A stretch of 64,000 nt of DNA from positions 2,048,001-2,112,000 of the forward strand of contig CBDDFZ010000001.1 in the NCBI GenBank assembly GCA_965227515.1, given 5' to 3'. The notes beneath the pieces were generated by a model. It made no database searches. It saw nothing but the letters and a program-made list of their open reading frames with translations, and was not told where the DNA came from. The DNA is from Alphaproteobacteria bacterium (GTDB lineage Bacteria; Pseudomonadota; Alphaproteobacteria; CALKHQ01). Below, piece by piece: positions 20,415 through 31,200 of the stretch (position 1 is the stretch's first letter; each line of letters starts with the position of its first letter). The position numbers were made by a program, and so were the translations under genes.

Positions 20415-20779
20415 CCCGCCCTTGGAGCGGCCGATGGCCTGGCTTTGAGTCCCCCTTTTGCGCCCTGGCCGTGGCGGTGCACCTTGACAATGGTGGCATC
20501 AACCATGGCGTATTCCATGTCCGGCTCGTCCAAGCAGGCCTCGAACAGCCGCACGAAGACGTCTGCTTTGACCCAGTCGCGGTATCGCTTAAAGACCGTG
20601 TTCCAAGGGCCAAAAGATGTCGGGAGATCACGCCACGGGCTGCCCGTACGCACCACCCACAGCACGGCTTCGACAAAGCGCCGGTTGTCAGCGCCACTGC
20701 GGCCCGGATCGCTCGGCTTGCCCAAGCAATGGGGTTCCATCTTCGCCCATTGGGCGTCACTCAGTACGAATCGTTCCAT
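20411..20779 (-). CDS. IS5 transposase OrfA
   Basis: LSDAQW, RTGSPWRDLP..FGPWNTVFKRY..W, VDATIVKVH; AAAAGGGGG motif near 20451-20459. Confidence 0.9.
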   Translation of the reverse strand: MERFVLSDAQWAKMEPHCLGKPSDPGRSGADNRRFVEAVLWVVRTGSPWRDLPTSFGPWNTVFKRYRDWVKADVFVRLFEACLDEPDMEYAMVDATIVKVHRHGQGAKGGLKARPSAAPRAG

Positions 20780-20833
20780 CCGAAGCTTGAATCACAACCA
20801 AGCACGGAGAGGAATCCTGAATCTCAACAGGCC

Positions 20834-21055
20834 TTAGAACGTGATCGTCGTGGTGTGGTTGCGGCCGCCTTCGCCACCTTCGCCGCCCTCGCCACCATGC
20901 CCGCCGAAGCTGGCGCCGCTGGGCGTGAAGATGACGGTACCAGGGTCGACGTCGACGGTCGCGCCGCCTGGCCCGGGCCTGACGGTACAGCCCGCGGTGA
21001 CGGCGGCGATGCCAAAGGCGCCGATTGCGGCGGAAGCTACCTTGCGTGGGTCCAT
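20834..21055 (-). CDS. small putative lipoprotein with GGE repeats
   Basis: Basic N-terminus, hydrophobic stretch, lipobox-like TAGC; GGHGGEGGEGGEGG; GAGG upstream of ATG. Confidence 0.55.
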   Translation of the reverse strand: MDPRKVASAAIGAFGIAAVTAGCTVRPGPGGATVDVDPGTVIFTPSGASFGGHGGEGGEGGEGGRNHTTTITF

Positions 21056-21235
21056 GGCCTCATCATTCTTGAGCGAGCAATGGCGCGGTCTTGCGCTTGG
21101 GGAGGTGCTCGGATTGCGTCAATCGAGCATGGGGGCGGAAATGGGGCAACTTCGTGGCCGCCGCGCCGCCCGCTCAATGTCTGAACGAATGGTCATGATT
21201 CGGTCATGTTGGCCGCGAGAATTGTTCCAGTGTTA

Positions 21236-21364
21236 CTAGATCGGGATCAGCTTACGCTGAATCTGCGCCAGCCCTGTCCCCCGCCCGGCCTCCCACGCAA
21301 GTATCCTGCCTGGGTGGCCGGGTGGGGGTGAGGGCTGGTGCCGACTGAAATGATCATGCTCTAG
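21236..21364. repeat. MITE-like palindromic element, family B copy 2
   Basis: CTAG at both ends, imperfect TIRs (CTAGAtcggGATCA / CTAGAgcatGATCA), core hairpin shared with 4521-4647. Confidence 0.65.
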
Positions 21365-21368
21365 TGTC

Positions 21369-22115
21369 ATGGAGGATGCGATGACGGGCTGCACGGCACC
21401 GAACTTCCGCTTGAGGGATGCCATTGTCGCTATGGGCATGGTTGTCGCGGCTGCCTTCGCGCCGGCTGCCCATGCCGAGAACAATGCCCCCGGCAGCGTT
21501 GTCGGCAATAACCCCAACGACTTCGCCGACCGCTCGTCGGTGCGCATGGATTACATCCCGCTGCGCCTCGGCGCGTTCGAGACCGCGACGGTCCGGCGCA
21601 TGTTCGTCGTCATGGCCGGCGAGCTGTATGGCACCGAGCTGGACGGCATCGTCATCCGCCGCGACGAGAACCGCATCGGCCTCAACAACATCCCGATCCT
21701 GGGCGAGGTGACCCGTTTCGCCTACACGTCCGATATGTTCGCGCCTCAGTTCGGCGCCGGTTCTGTCGGCCTCATCGACGATGCGCTGGTCCTGAACATC
21801 GGCGTACTGCCGGGCCAGGTGCCCTGGTTGGGACCCATACTCTCCGAACGGCTGTCGGCCGCATTGTTGCAGCGGCCGATGATCCGGACCCCGCGCACAG
21901 GCTCCATCAGCGTGTCGACCATCGTGACCCTGAACGACGACTACAGCTTTGCCATCGCCGGTCAGGCGATCGAAGCGGTGGATGGGGTGACCGAGCGGAC
22001 TCCGCCGCCGCTGGGTGACATTCCCATCGTGGGGGAGCTGTTCACCACGACCAACACTGACAACAACACCCATGAACTGCTGGTCCTGGTCCGGCCCAGT
22101 ATCGTGGCTGACTGA
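21369..22115 (+). CDS. exported protein with a secretin (GspD/PilQ/RcpA)-like C-terminus, lacking N domains
   Basis: Signal peptide ending AHA; C-terminal P.LGDIPIVGELF...ELLVLVRPSIV matches the secretin signature. Start may be 21381. Confidence 0.65.
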   Translation: MEDAMTGCTAPNFRLRDAIVAMGMVVAAAFAPAAHAENNAPGSVVGNNPNDFADRSSVRMDYIPLRLGAFETATVRRMFVVMAGELYGTELDGIVIRRDENRIGLNNIPILGEVTRFAYTSDMFAPQFGAGSVGLIDDALVLNIGVLPGQVPWLGPILSERLSAALLQRPMIRTPRTGSISVSTIVTLNDDYSFAIAGQAIEAVDGVTERTPPPLGDIPIVGELFTTTNTDNNTHELLVLVRPSIVAD

Positions 22116-22121
22116 CTGGTC

Positions 22122-24038
22122 CTAACTAGGCGTCTGGCCGTCGTCTGCTACCGGCGCCAGTCCATGGAGCTGGCAGACCGCCACCGGGGCATCGCGGCCG
22201 TCGAGCTTGGTCTCGCCGATGGCGGTGAGGTCCGCGCCGGGTGACAGACGCGTTGCGGTCTCGGCGCTGATGACGACGGTGGTGCTGCCGTCGCCGTTCT
22301 GGACCGACTTGGCCATTGCCTCCAGGCGCTGGCAAACGTTCACCGTGTCGCCGACAACCGTGTAGTTCATGCGCTGTGGCGCACCGATGTTGCCGACTGT
22401 GGCCCTGCCGCTGTGCAGCCCGATCCTGAGATGCAGCGGCGGCGCCCCGGCGTCGCGGTTCCTGGCGTTGAACGCATCAATGGCATCGGCAATCGCCAAT
22501 GCCGCGCGGCACGCGCGCTCGGCATGGTCATGCTGTGGGTCGGGGGCGCCCCAGAACGCCATCAATCCGTCGCCGATGAACTTGTCGAGCGTGCCGGCCT
22601 CCGCTTCGATGCATTCGGCCAGGGTCGCGAAATGGCTGTTCAGGAAGCCGGCCACGTCCTGCGCGTCGCGCCCCTCCGACCAGCGCGTGAATCCGGCGAT
22701 ATCGGTGAACATGACCGTGACCTCGATGTCATGGGACTGCATCAGGGCCCGGTCGCCGCGCGCCATCAGGCGGCCGACCAGCCGGCGCGGCACGTAGATC
22801 TCGAACCAGCCGAGCGCGTTGATCATGTTGTTGAAGGCCGCTGCCTGGTCGTCCAACTCGCGGACATGGCTGCGCGGCAACTCCGTCAGCGCGCCGAACT
22901 CCATGCGCCCCACCTGAAGGCTGGCATCGGCGGCGCGGCGGATCGGCCGGGCAAGCCTGCGCGCGATCAGGATCGCGGCGATGATGGCGATGACGAGCAC
23001 GGCGAAGCTGACGCCGATGATGATGAGCAGGCGGCGAATTTCCAGGCCGATATCCCGGTCGTCGTAGTAGACGCCGAGAATGATCGGCCGGTCGGCATAG
23101 CCCGCCACTTCCTCGTAAACGTAGACGTAGGCCGTGTCGAAGGCGGTCAGGAAGTGTGCGGCGGTGCCCGGACGGAAGTCGATATAGTCGATTTCCTCGC
23201 GGCCTTCCTCCCACCACATGCGGCCAAGCACCGGATCGGCGAACCCGGCGAGGTCCGGCAGCGGCTCTTCCGGGGTCACGTCCACGTCGCCGACCGCGAA
23301 CAACGGGTGCGCCAGCACCTTGTCCGGCCCATAGAGCACGAACGCTGTGCCGTGGGTGCTCTGCGTGATGGTGTCCAGGAAGGCGGATATCTGACCGACC
23401 CTGACCGCAACCCCGATCAGGCCGAGCGGCTCTTCCAGGGTGCCGACAACGCGGACCAGGTTCACCACCGTGCCATCCAGTCCGTCGGACCAGGTTGGCG
23501 AGCCCCAGGCGTAGGGCGAGTCCAGCTGGCGCAGATAGGCCAGGGCCTCCTGCGGGTCCGGCCGCGTCATTGGAAAGATGCCGACTTCGCGCTCGCCGTC
23601 GGGGCCATTGCGCACGCCGACGGAGTTGCCTTCGAAGCGGATGAAGACGACGCCGTCGACCTGCGGCGTGGCGGCCAAGGCCCAGCCGAGAGCCTCGGCG
23701 ATCGCGTCGTTGTCGGTCAGGTCGATCCGTGGGTCGGCAAAACGCTCGGCCAGGTAGGCGGCCTGCTCCGCGCCGGGGTCGAGCTGCGCCGACAGTTCCT
23801 GGCGCACCGTATCCAGAATCAGGTGCGTCTTGTCGCCCAGCAGGCTGGCGGTGTTGGTGAAGGCGCCCCACAGCCAGACCGCGAGCACCACGCCGATGCC
23901 CACCGCCACCAGGGCGCCGATGACCAGCGACAGCACCATCGCCAGGCTGATGCGCCACCGCTTCGGCCGTCGATGCGCGCGCCCCTTGCCAAGACCGCGG
24001 GCGGGTCGGGCGGCCACGTGGCGACGAGGCTCTGTCAT
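22122..24038 (-). CDS. membrane class III adenylate/guanylate cyclase (TM-sensor-TM-HAMP-CYCc)
   Basis: FTDIAGFT, LDKFIGDGLMAFWGAP, RIGLHSG, NYTVVGDTVNVCQRLE; two TM helices. Start uncertain (track start 24224). Confidence 0.9.
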   Translation of the reverse strand: MTEPRRHVAARPARGLGKGRAHRRPKRWRISLAMVLSLVIGALVAVGIGVVLAVWLWGAFTNTASLLGDKTHLILDTVRQELSAQLDPGAEQAAYLAERFADPRIDLTDNDAIAEALGWALAATPQVDGVVFIRFEGNSVGVRNGPDGEREVGIFPMTRPDPQEALAYLRQLDSPYAWGSPTWSDGLDGTVVNLVRVVGTLEEPLGLIGVAVRVGQISAFLDTITQSTHGTAFVLYGPDKVLAHPLFAVGDVDVTPEEPLPDLAGFADPVLGRMWWEEGREEIDYIDFRPGTAAHFLTAFDTAYVYVYEEVAGYADRPIILGVYYDDRDIGLEIRRLLIIIGVSFAVLVIAIIAAILIARRLARPIRRAADASLQVGRMEFGALTELPRSHVRELDDQAAAFNNMINALGWFEIYVPRRLVGRLMARGDRALMQSHDIEVTVMFTDIAGFTRWSEGRDAQDVAGFLNSHFATLAECIEAEAGTLDKFIGDGLMAFWGAPDPQHDHAERACRAALAIADAIDAFNARNRDAGAPPLHLRIGLHSGRATVGNIGAPQRMNYTVVGDTVNVCQRLEAMAKSVQNGDGSTTVVISAETATRLSPGADLTAIGETKLDGRDAPVAVCQLHGLAPVADDGQTPS

Positions 24039-24120
24039 GTCGATGCTGTTCCGCTGCCCGTGACCATTACCGTCCGCTCGGCTAAGTTTAGCCGGCGAAA
24101 CGAATGAAAGGACATATGGT

Positions 24121-24933
24121 ATGGGCTTCGCGATTGCGCGACCTGTCTTCCAGCGCGGCATGGCGGCTATCGTCGCGCTGCCGCTGCTTCTTGTGGCCGC
24201 CGGCCCGTTGCAGGCCGCCGACAAGGCGACCGCCGAACTGGTGGGCTTCTCCCAGGACGGCCGCTATGTCGCGTTCGAGCAGTTTGGCAGCCAGGACGGG
24301 TCGGGGTTCCCGTATGCCGAGATCTTCATCATCGACGTTGCCGCGAACGATTGGGCGGTCGACCCGATACGGGTGCTGATCGACAACGACGCGCTTGCCG
24401 AAACGCTGCCGCCGCCGGCCGCGGTGATGAAAGCGCGCCAGGAAGCCGCCACCGAGGCGCGCAATGCGCTTGCCAGCCTTGGCATCATTCAGGGCAATGT
24501 CGGCACCCAGATGATCCACCGGCCCTATACCGACCTTGATGCGGCGCCGCACATCGCGACCTTCTCGATGACCGCGGTGGCGACCTCCTACATCGGCGAA
24601 CGGCACCAGGTGCTGCTGACGGAACGGCCGGCCGCGTCGCCCGACTGCGAGTACTTCGGCCCGAATGTCATCTTCACGCTGACGCTACAGCCAGACGGTG
24701 GCGTGCCGGTGGTGTTGCAGGAGGACCGCCAGTTGTTCTCCAGCCGCGGTTGCCCGCACGGCTATCGGATCGAGCAGGTGGTGCTCTATGGCCCGCTGGA
24801 GACCGGGCGTTATCTGCCCGACCTGGGCTCGTATGCGATGTTCGTGCTGGTCGGCATGAGCGTGCAGGGGTTCGAGGGCGACGACATCAGGTATCTGGGC
24901 GTGACCGCACACTTGCCGGAAGGCGTTCTCTGA
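24121..24933 (+). CDS. secreted protein, DUF2259-like
   Basis: Signal peptide; GFSQDGRYVAFEQFGSQDGSGFPYAEIFIID and SRGCP.GYRI. Confidence 0.75.
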   Translation: MGFAIARPVFQRGMAAIVALPLLLVAAGPLQAADKATAELVGFSQDGRYVAFEQFGSQDGSGFPYAEIFIIDVAANDWAVDPIRVLIDNDALAETLPPPAAVMKARQEAATEARNALASLGIIQGNVGTQMIHRPYTDLDAAPHIATFSMTAVATSYIGERHQVLLTERPAASPDCEYFGPNVIFTLTLQPDGGVPVVLQEDRQLFSSRGCPHGYRIEQVVLYGPLETGRYLPDLGSYAMFVLVGMSVQGFEGDDIRYLGVTAHLPEGVL

Positions 24934-25113
24934 GCGCCGCCGCGTGTCGGTTTTGTTGGGGGACATCCATGTTCGACTGTTTGTCGGGCATTTTACATAA
25001 ATGGAACTGAAATTGTCTGCAGGCGATTGTCAATTCAACGCCTAACGTCTGAAAAATACGCATTGGTATCCCGACAATTACGCATCAAGTGATTGTTTGA
25101 ATTGAGCCTATTT

Positions 25114-25128
25114 TTTACGCCCTGTTAA
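25114..25128. promoter_or_regulatory. possible CtrA-type box upstream of the adhesin
   Basis: TTTA-cgccctg-TTAA, one mismatch to TTAA-N7-TTAA, in an AT-rich intergenic region. Confidence 0.35.
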
Positions 25129-25201
25129 GCGGCTGCGCGAGACCATGCCGTCACGTTGCAGCAGGCCCGGCCGCAGGTAAGCGGCAAGGGCTGCGTGCGC
25201 G

Positions 25202-28200
25202 ATGATGATAAGGGCGACAGGTATGTCAGATCGGTTAGGCGGCGAAGGCGGCAATTTCCACGGGACGTTCAGGTTCGACGGTGCTCCGTCGGAGGACTGG
25301 ACGCATGCTATCGCGATTTCGCGCGACCACGGGCGCACCGGTCCCGGCCACCGGCCCCTGAGCAATGACACGGGCGGCGGCGGCGGGCCCGACATTCCGG
25401 TCACCGACCCGACCGGCCACGTCATGTCCGCGCTCAGCGGCGCGGGCTGGCTTTGGTACCGCGACATGGACGTCAAGCCCGATGCGGCGGAGACGCAGGG
25501 TGCCGTCGTCCAGGATGTCGAGGTGCCGGTTGCGGGCGACGTCGACTCACGAGCGGCGACGGTGGACCGGCTTCCCGATGACGGTGAGGCTGCATCCCGG
25601 CCCGGCGGCCCGGCGTTCAGCATCGCTGACGGGCCGGAGGCGTTCGGTGGGCTTTCGCTGACCTCCGGCACGCGCGACGCATCCGGGGGCGGCGCTTCGT
25701 CCGGCGATGCACAGCGTGCGTTCTCGCGCCAAGAGCCGTCCCAGGCGGAGCCCGTGTCCGGGACTGGTGACGATCTGGTTGCGCAGCCGCGTGCCGCCGG
25801 CACGACGTCGGCAACATCTTCAAGTGGCGACGATGCGGCAGCCGACCCCGGTTCGACGACGGGGTCTGGCGGTGCCGGGAACATCCATGCGCCGACCGAC
25901 ATGGACCTCAGCGCCAACTCGATCGCCGAGGATGCGGCCGGCGGTACCGTGGTCGGCACGCTCTCCGCGACCGATGCCGACAGCGGCAACGTGTTCACCT
26001 ACACGCTGACCGGCGGGGCCACCGACACCTTCGAGATCGTCGGCGACGAGTTGCGCCTGAAGACCGGTGCGTCGTTGGATTACGAGACCGCCACGTCCCA
26101 TCCGGTGACGGTGACCGTCGATGACGGCAACGGCAACACCTACCAGGAGGCGTTCACCGTCAACGTCACCGACGTCAACGACAACGCCCAGGTGTTCACC
26201 TCGGGGTCGAGCGCGTCGGCGGCCGAGAACGTGTCCGACAGCGCGGTGATCTACACGGCCACGACGACGGACGTCGACACCACTGGCGAGGCGATCACCT
26301 ACTCGCTGGTCGACGACGCCGGCGGGCTGTTCGAGATCGACGCCTCGACGGGTGAGGTGACCCTCGCCACCGGTCAGTCGCTCGACTACGAGACCGCGAC
26401 CTCGCACAACATCACCGTCCGCTCGACCGACGGCACCAACTCGACCGACCAGGCGGTCACCATCAACGTCACCGATGTCAACGACACCGCGGCGACGGAT
26501 ATGGACCTCAGCGCCAACAGCATCGCCGAGGATGCGGCCGGCGGCACGGTGGTCGGCACGCTCTCCGCGACCGACGCCGACAGCGGCAACGTGTTCACCT
26601 ACACGCTCACCGGCGGGGCCACCGACACCTTCGAGATCGTCGGCGACGAGCTGCGCCTGAAGACGGGCGCCAGCCTCGACTACGAGACCGCCACGTCCCA
26701 TCCGGTGACGGTGACCGTCGATGACGGCAACGGCAACACCTACCAGGAGGCGTTCACCGTCAACGTCACCGACGTCAACGACAACGCCCAGGTCTTCACG
26801 TCTGGCTCCAGTGCAAGCGCGGCGGAGAACGTCAGCGACAGTGCGGTTCTTTACACGGCTACGACGACGGATGTGGACACCACCGGCGAGGCGATCACCT
26901 ACAGCCTCGTCGACGATGCCGGCGGGCTGTTCGAGATCGACGCTTCGACGGGTGAGGTCACGCTGGCCACCGGCCAGTCCCTCGACTACGAGACCGCGAC
27001 CTCGCACTCGATCACCGTCCGCTCCACCGACGGCACCAACAGCACCGACCAGGCGGTCACCATCAACGTCACCGATGTCAACGACACCGCGGCGACGGAT
27101 ATGGATCTCAGCGCCAACTCGATCGCCGAGGACGCGGCCGGCGGGACCGTGGTCGGCACCCTCAGTGCGACCGATGCCGACACCGGCAATGTGTTCACCT
27201 ACACGCTCACCGGCGGCGCCACCGATACCTTCGAGATCGTCGGCGACGAGCTGCGCCTGAAGACGGGCGCCAGCCTCGACTACGAGACCGCCACGTCTCA
27301 TCCGGTGACGGTCACCGTCGACGACGGCAACGGCAACACCTATCAGGAGGCGTTCACCGTCAACGTCACCGACGTCAACGACAACGCCCAGGTCTTCACG
27401 TCTGGCTCCAGTGCAAGCGCGGCGGAGAACGTCAGCGACAGTGCGGTTCTTTACACGGCTACGACGACGGATGTGGACACCACCGGCGAGGCGATCACCT
27501 ACAGCCTCGTCGACGATGCCGGCGGGCTGTTCGAGATCGACGCTTCGACGGGTGAGGTCACGCTGGCCACCGGCCAGTCCCTCGACTACGAGACCGCGAC
27601 CTCGCATTCGATCACCGTCCGCTCGACCGACGGCACCAACAGCACCGACCAGGCGGTCACCATCAACGTCACCGATGTCAACGACACCGCGGCGACGGAT
27701 ATGGACCTCAGCGCCAACAGCATCGCCGAGGACGCGGCGGGCGGTACCGTGGTCGGTACGCTCAGTGCGACCGACGCCGACACCGGCAACGTGTTCACCT
27801 ACACGCTCACCGGCGGCGCCACCGACACCTTCGAGATCGTCGGCGACGAGCTCAGGCTGAAGACGGGCGCGTCATTGGATTATGAGACCGCGACCTCGCA
27901 CCCGGTGACGGTCACCGTCGACGACGGCAACGGCAACACCTATCAGGAGGCGTTCACCGTCAACGTCACCGACGTCAACGACAACGCCCAGGTGTTTACA
28001 TCGGGGTCGAGCGCGTCGGCGGCCGAGAACGTGTCCGACAGCGCGGTCATCTACACCGCCACGACGACGGATGTGGACACCACCGGCGAGGCGATCACCT
28101 ACAGCCTCGTGGACGATGCCGGCGGGCTGTTCGAGATCGACGCCTCGACCGGTGAGGTGACCTTGGTCACCGGCCAGTCCCTCGACTACGAGACCGCGAC

Positions 28201-31200
28201 CTCGCACTCGATCACCGTCCGCTCGACCGACGGCACCAACTCGACCGACCAGGCGGTCACCATCAACGTCACCGATGTCAACGACACCGCGGCGACGGAT
28301 ATGGATCTGTCGGCGAACAGCATCGCCGAGGATGCGGCCGGCGGTACCGTGGTCGGCACGCTCTCCGCGACCGATGCCGACAGCGGCAACGTGTTCACCT
28401 ACACGCTGACCGGCGGGGCCACCGACACCTTCGAGATCGTCGGCGACGAGTTGCGCCTGAAGACCGGTGCGTCGTTGGATTACGAGACCGCCACGTCCCA
28501 TCCGGTGACGGTGACCGTCGATGACGGCAACGGCAACACCTACCAGGAGGCGTTCACCGTCAACGTCACCGACGTCAACGACAACGCCCAGGTGTTCACC
28601 TCGGGGTCGAGCGCGTCGGCGGCCGAGAACGTGTCCGACAGCGCGGTGATCTACACGGCCACGACGACGGACGTCGACACCACTGGCGAGGCGATCACCT
28701 ACTCGCTGGTCGACGACGCCGGCGGGCTGTTCGAGATCGACGCCTCGACGGGTGAGGTGACCCTCGCCACCGGTCAGTCGCTCGACTACGAGACCGCGAC
28801 CTCGCACAACATCACCGTCCGCTCCACCGACGGCACCAACTCGACCGACCAGGCGGTCACCATCAACGTCACCGATGTCAACGACACCGCGGCGACGGAT
28901 ATGGACCTCAGCGCCAACAGCATCGCCGAGGATGCGGCCGGCGGAACTGCCGTGGGCACGCTCTCCGCGACCGACGCCGACAGCGGCAACGTGTTCACCT
29001 ACACGCTGACCGGCGGGGCCACCGACACCTTCGAGATCGTCGGCGACGAGCTCAGGCTGAAGACCGGTGCGTCATTGGATTACGAGACCGCCACCTCGCA
29101 CCCGGTGACAGTCACCGTCGACGACGGCAACGGCAACACCTACCAGGAGGCGTTCACCGTCAACGTCACCGATGTCAACGACAACGCCCAGGTGTTTACA
29201 TCGGGCAGCTCGGCCAGCGCGGCGGAGAACGTGAGTGACTCGGCGGTGATCTACACGGCCACGACGACGGACGTCGACACCACTGGCGAGGCGATCACCT
29301 ACTCGCTGGTCGACGACGCCGGCGGGCTGTTCGAGATCGACGCCTCGACGGGTGAGGTGACCCTCGCCACCGGTCAGTCGCTCGACTACGAGACCGCGAC
29401 CTCGCACAACATCACCGTCCGCTCGACCGACGGCACCAACTCGACCGACCAGGCGGTCACCATCAACGTCACCGATGTCAACGACACCGCGGCGACGGAT
29501 ATGGATCTCAGCGCCAACTCGATCGCCGAGGACGCGGCCGGCGGGACCGTGGTCGGCACCCTCAGTGCGACCGATGCCGACACCGGCAATGTGTTCACCT
29601 ACACGCTCACCGGCGGCGCCACCGATACCTTCGAGATCGTCGGCGACGAGCTGCGCCTGAAGACGGGCGCCAGCCTCGACTACGAGACCGCCACGTCTCA
29701 TCCGGTGACGGTCACCGTCGACGACGGCAACGGCAACACCTATCAGGAGGCGTTCACCGTCAACGTCACCGACGTCAACGACAACGCCCAGGTCTTCACG
29801 TCTGGCTCCAGTGCAAGCGCGGCGGAGAACGTCAGCGACAGCGCGGTCATCTACACCGCGACCACCACCGATGTGGACACCACTGGCGAGGCGATCACCT
29901 ACAGCCTCGTCGACGACGCCGGCGGGCTGTTCGAGATCGACGCCTCGACGGGTGAGGTGACCCTCGCCACCGGTCAGTCGCTCGACTACGAGACCGCGAC
30001 CTCGCATTCGATCACCGTCCGCTCGACCGACGGCACCAACAGCACCGACCAGGCGGTCACCATCAACGTCACCGATGTCAACGACACCGCGGCGACGGAT
30101 ATGGACCTCAGCGCCAACAGCATCGCCGAGGACGCGGCGGGCGGTACCGTGGTCGGTACGCTCAGTGCGACCGACGCCGACACCGGCAACGTGTTCACCT
30201 ACACGCTGACCGGCGGCGCCACCGACACCTTCGAGATCGTCGGCGACGAGCTCAGGCTGAAGACGGGCGCGTCATTGGATTATGAGACCGCGACCTCGCA
30301 CCCGGTGACGGTCACCGTCGACGACGGCAACGGCAACACCTATCAGGAGGCGTTCACCGTCAACGTCACCGACGTCAACGACAACGCCCAGGTGTTTACA
30401 TCGGGGTCGAGCGCGTCGGCGGCCGAGAACGTGTCCGACAGCGCGGTCATCTACACCGCCACGACGACGGATGTGGACACCACCGGCGAGGCGATCACCT
30501 ACAGCCTCGTGGACGATGCCGGCGGGCTGTTCGAGATCGACGCCTCGACCGGTGAGGTGACCTTGGTCACCGGCCAGTCCCTCGACTACGAGACCGCGAC
30601 CTCGCACTCGATCACCGTCCGCTCGACCGACGGCACCAACTCGACCGACCAGGCGGTCACCATCAACGTCACCGATGTCAACGACACCGCGGCGACGGAT
30701 ATGGATCTGTCGGCGAACAGCATCGCCGAGGATGCGGCCGGCGGTACCGTGGTCGGCACGCTCTCCGCGACCGATGCCGACAGCGGCAACGTGTTCACCT
30801 ACACGCTGACCGGCGGGGCCACCGACACCTTCGAGATCGTCGGCGACGAGTTGCGCCTGAAGACCGGCGCGTCATTGGATTATGAGACCGCGACCTCGCA
30901 CCCGGTGACGGTGACCGTCGACGACGGCAACGGCAACACCTACCAGGAGGCGTTCACCGTCAACGTCACCGATGTCAACGACAACGCCCAGGTGTTTACA
31001 TCGGGGTCGAGCGCGTCGGCGGCCGAGAACGTGAGTGACTCGGCGGTCATCTACACCGCGACCACGACGGACGTGGACACCACCGGCGAGGCGATCACCT
31101 ATTCGCTGGTGGACGACGCCGGCGGGCTGTTCGAGATCGACGCCTCGACCGGCGAGGTCACCCTCGCCACCGGCCAGTCCCTCGACTACGAGACGGCCAC

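Larger units (their letters stand above)
20014..20834 (-). mobile_element. IS5-family insertion sequence (IS427-like, two ORFs)
   Basis: 16-bp TIRs GGCCTGTTGAGATTCA (20015-20030) and TGAATCTCAACAGGCC (20818-20833); TA duplication at 20012-13 and 20835-36. Confidence 0.92.
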
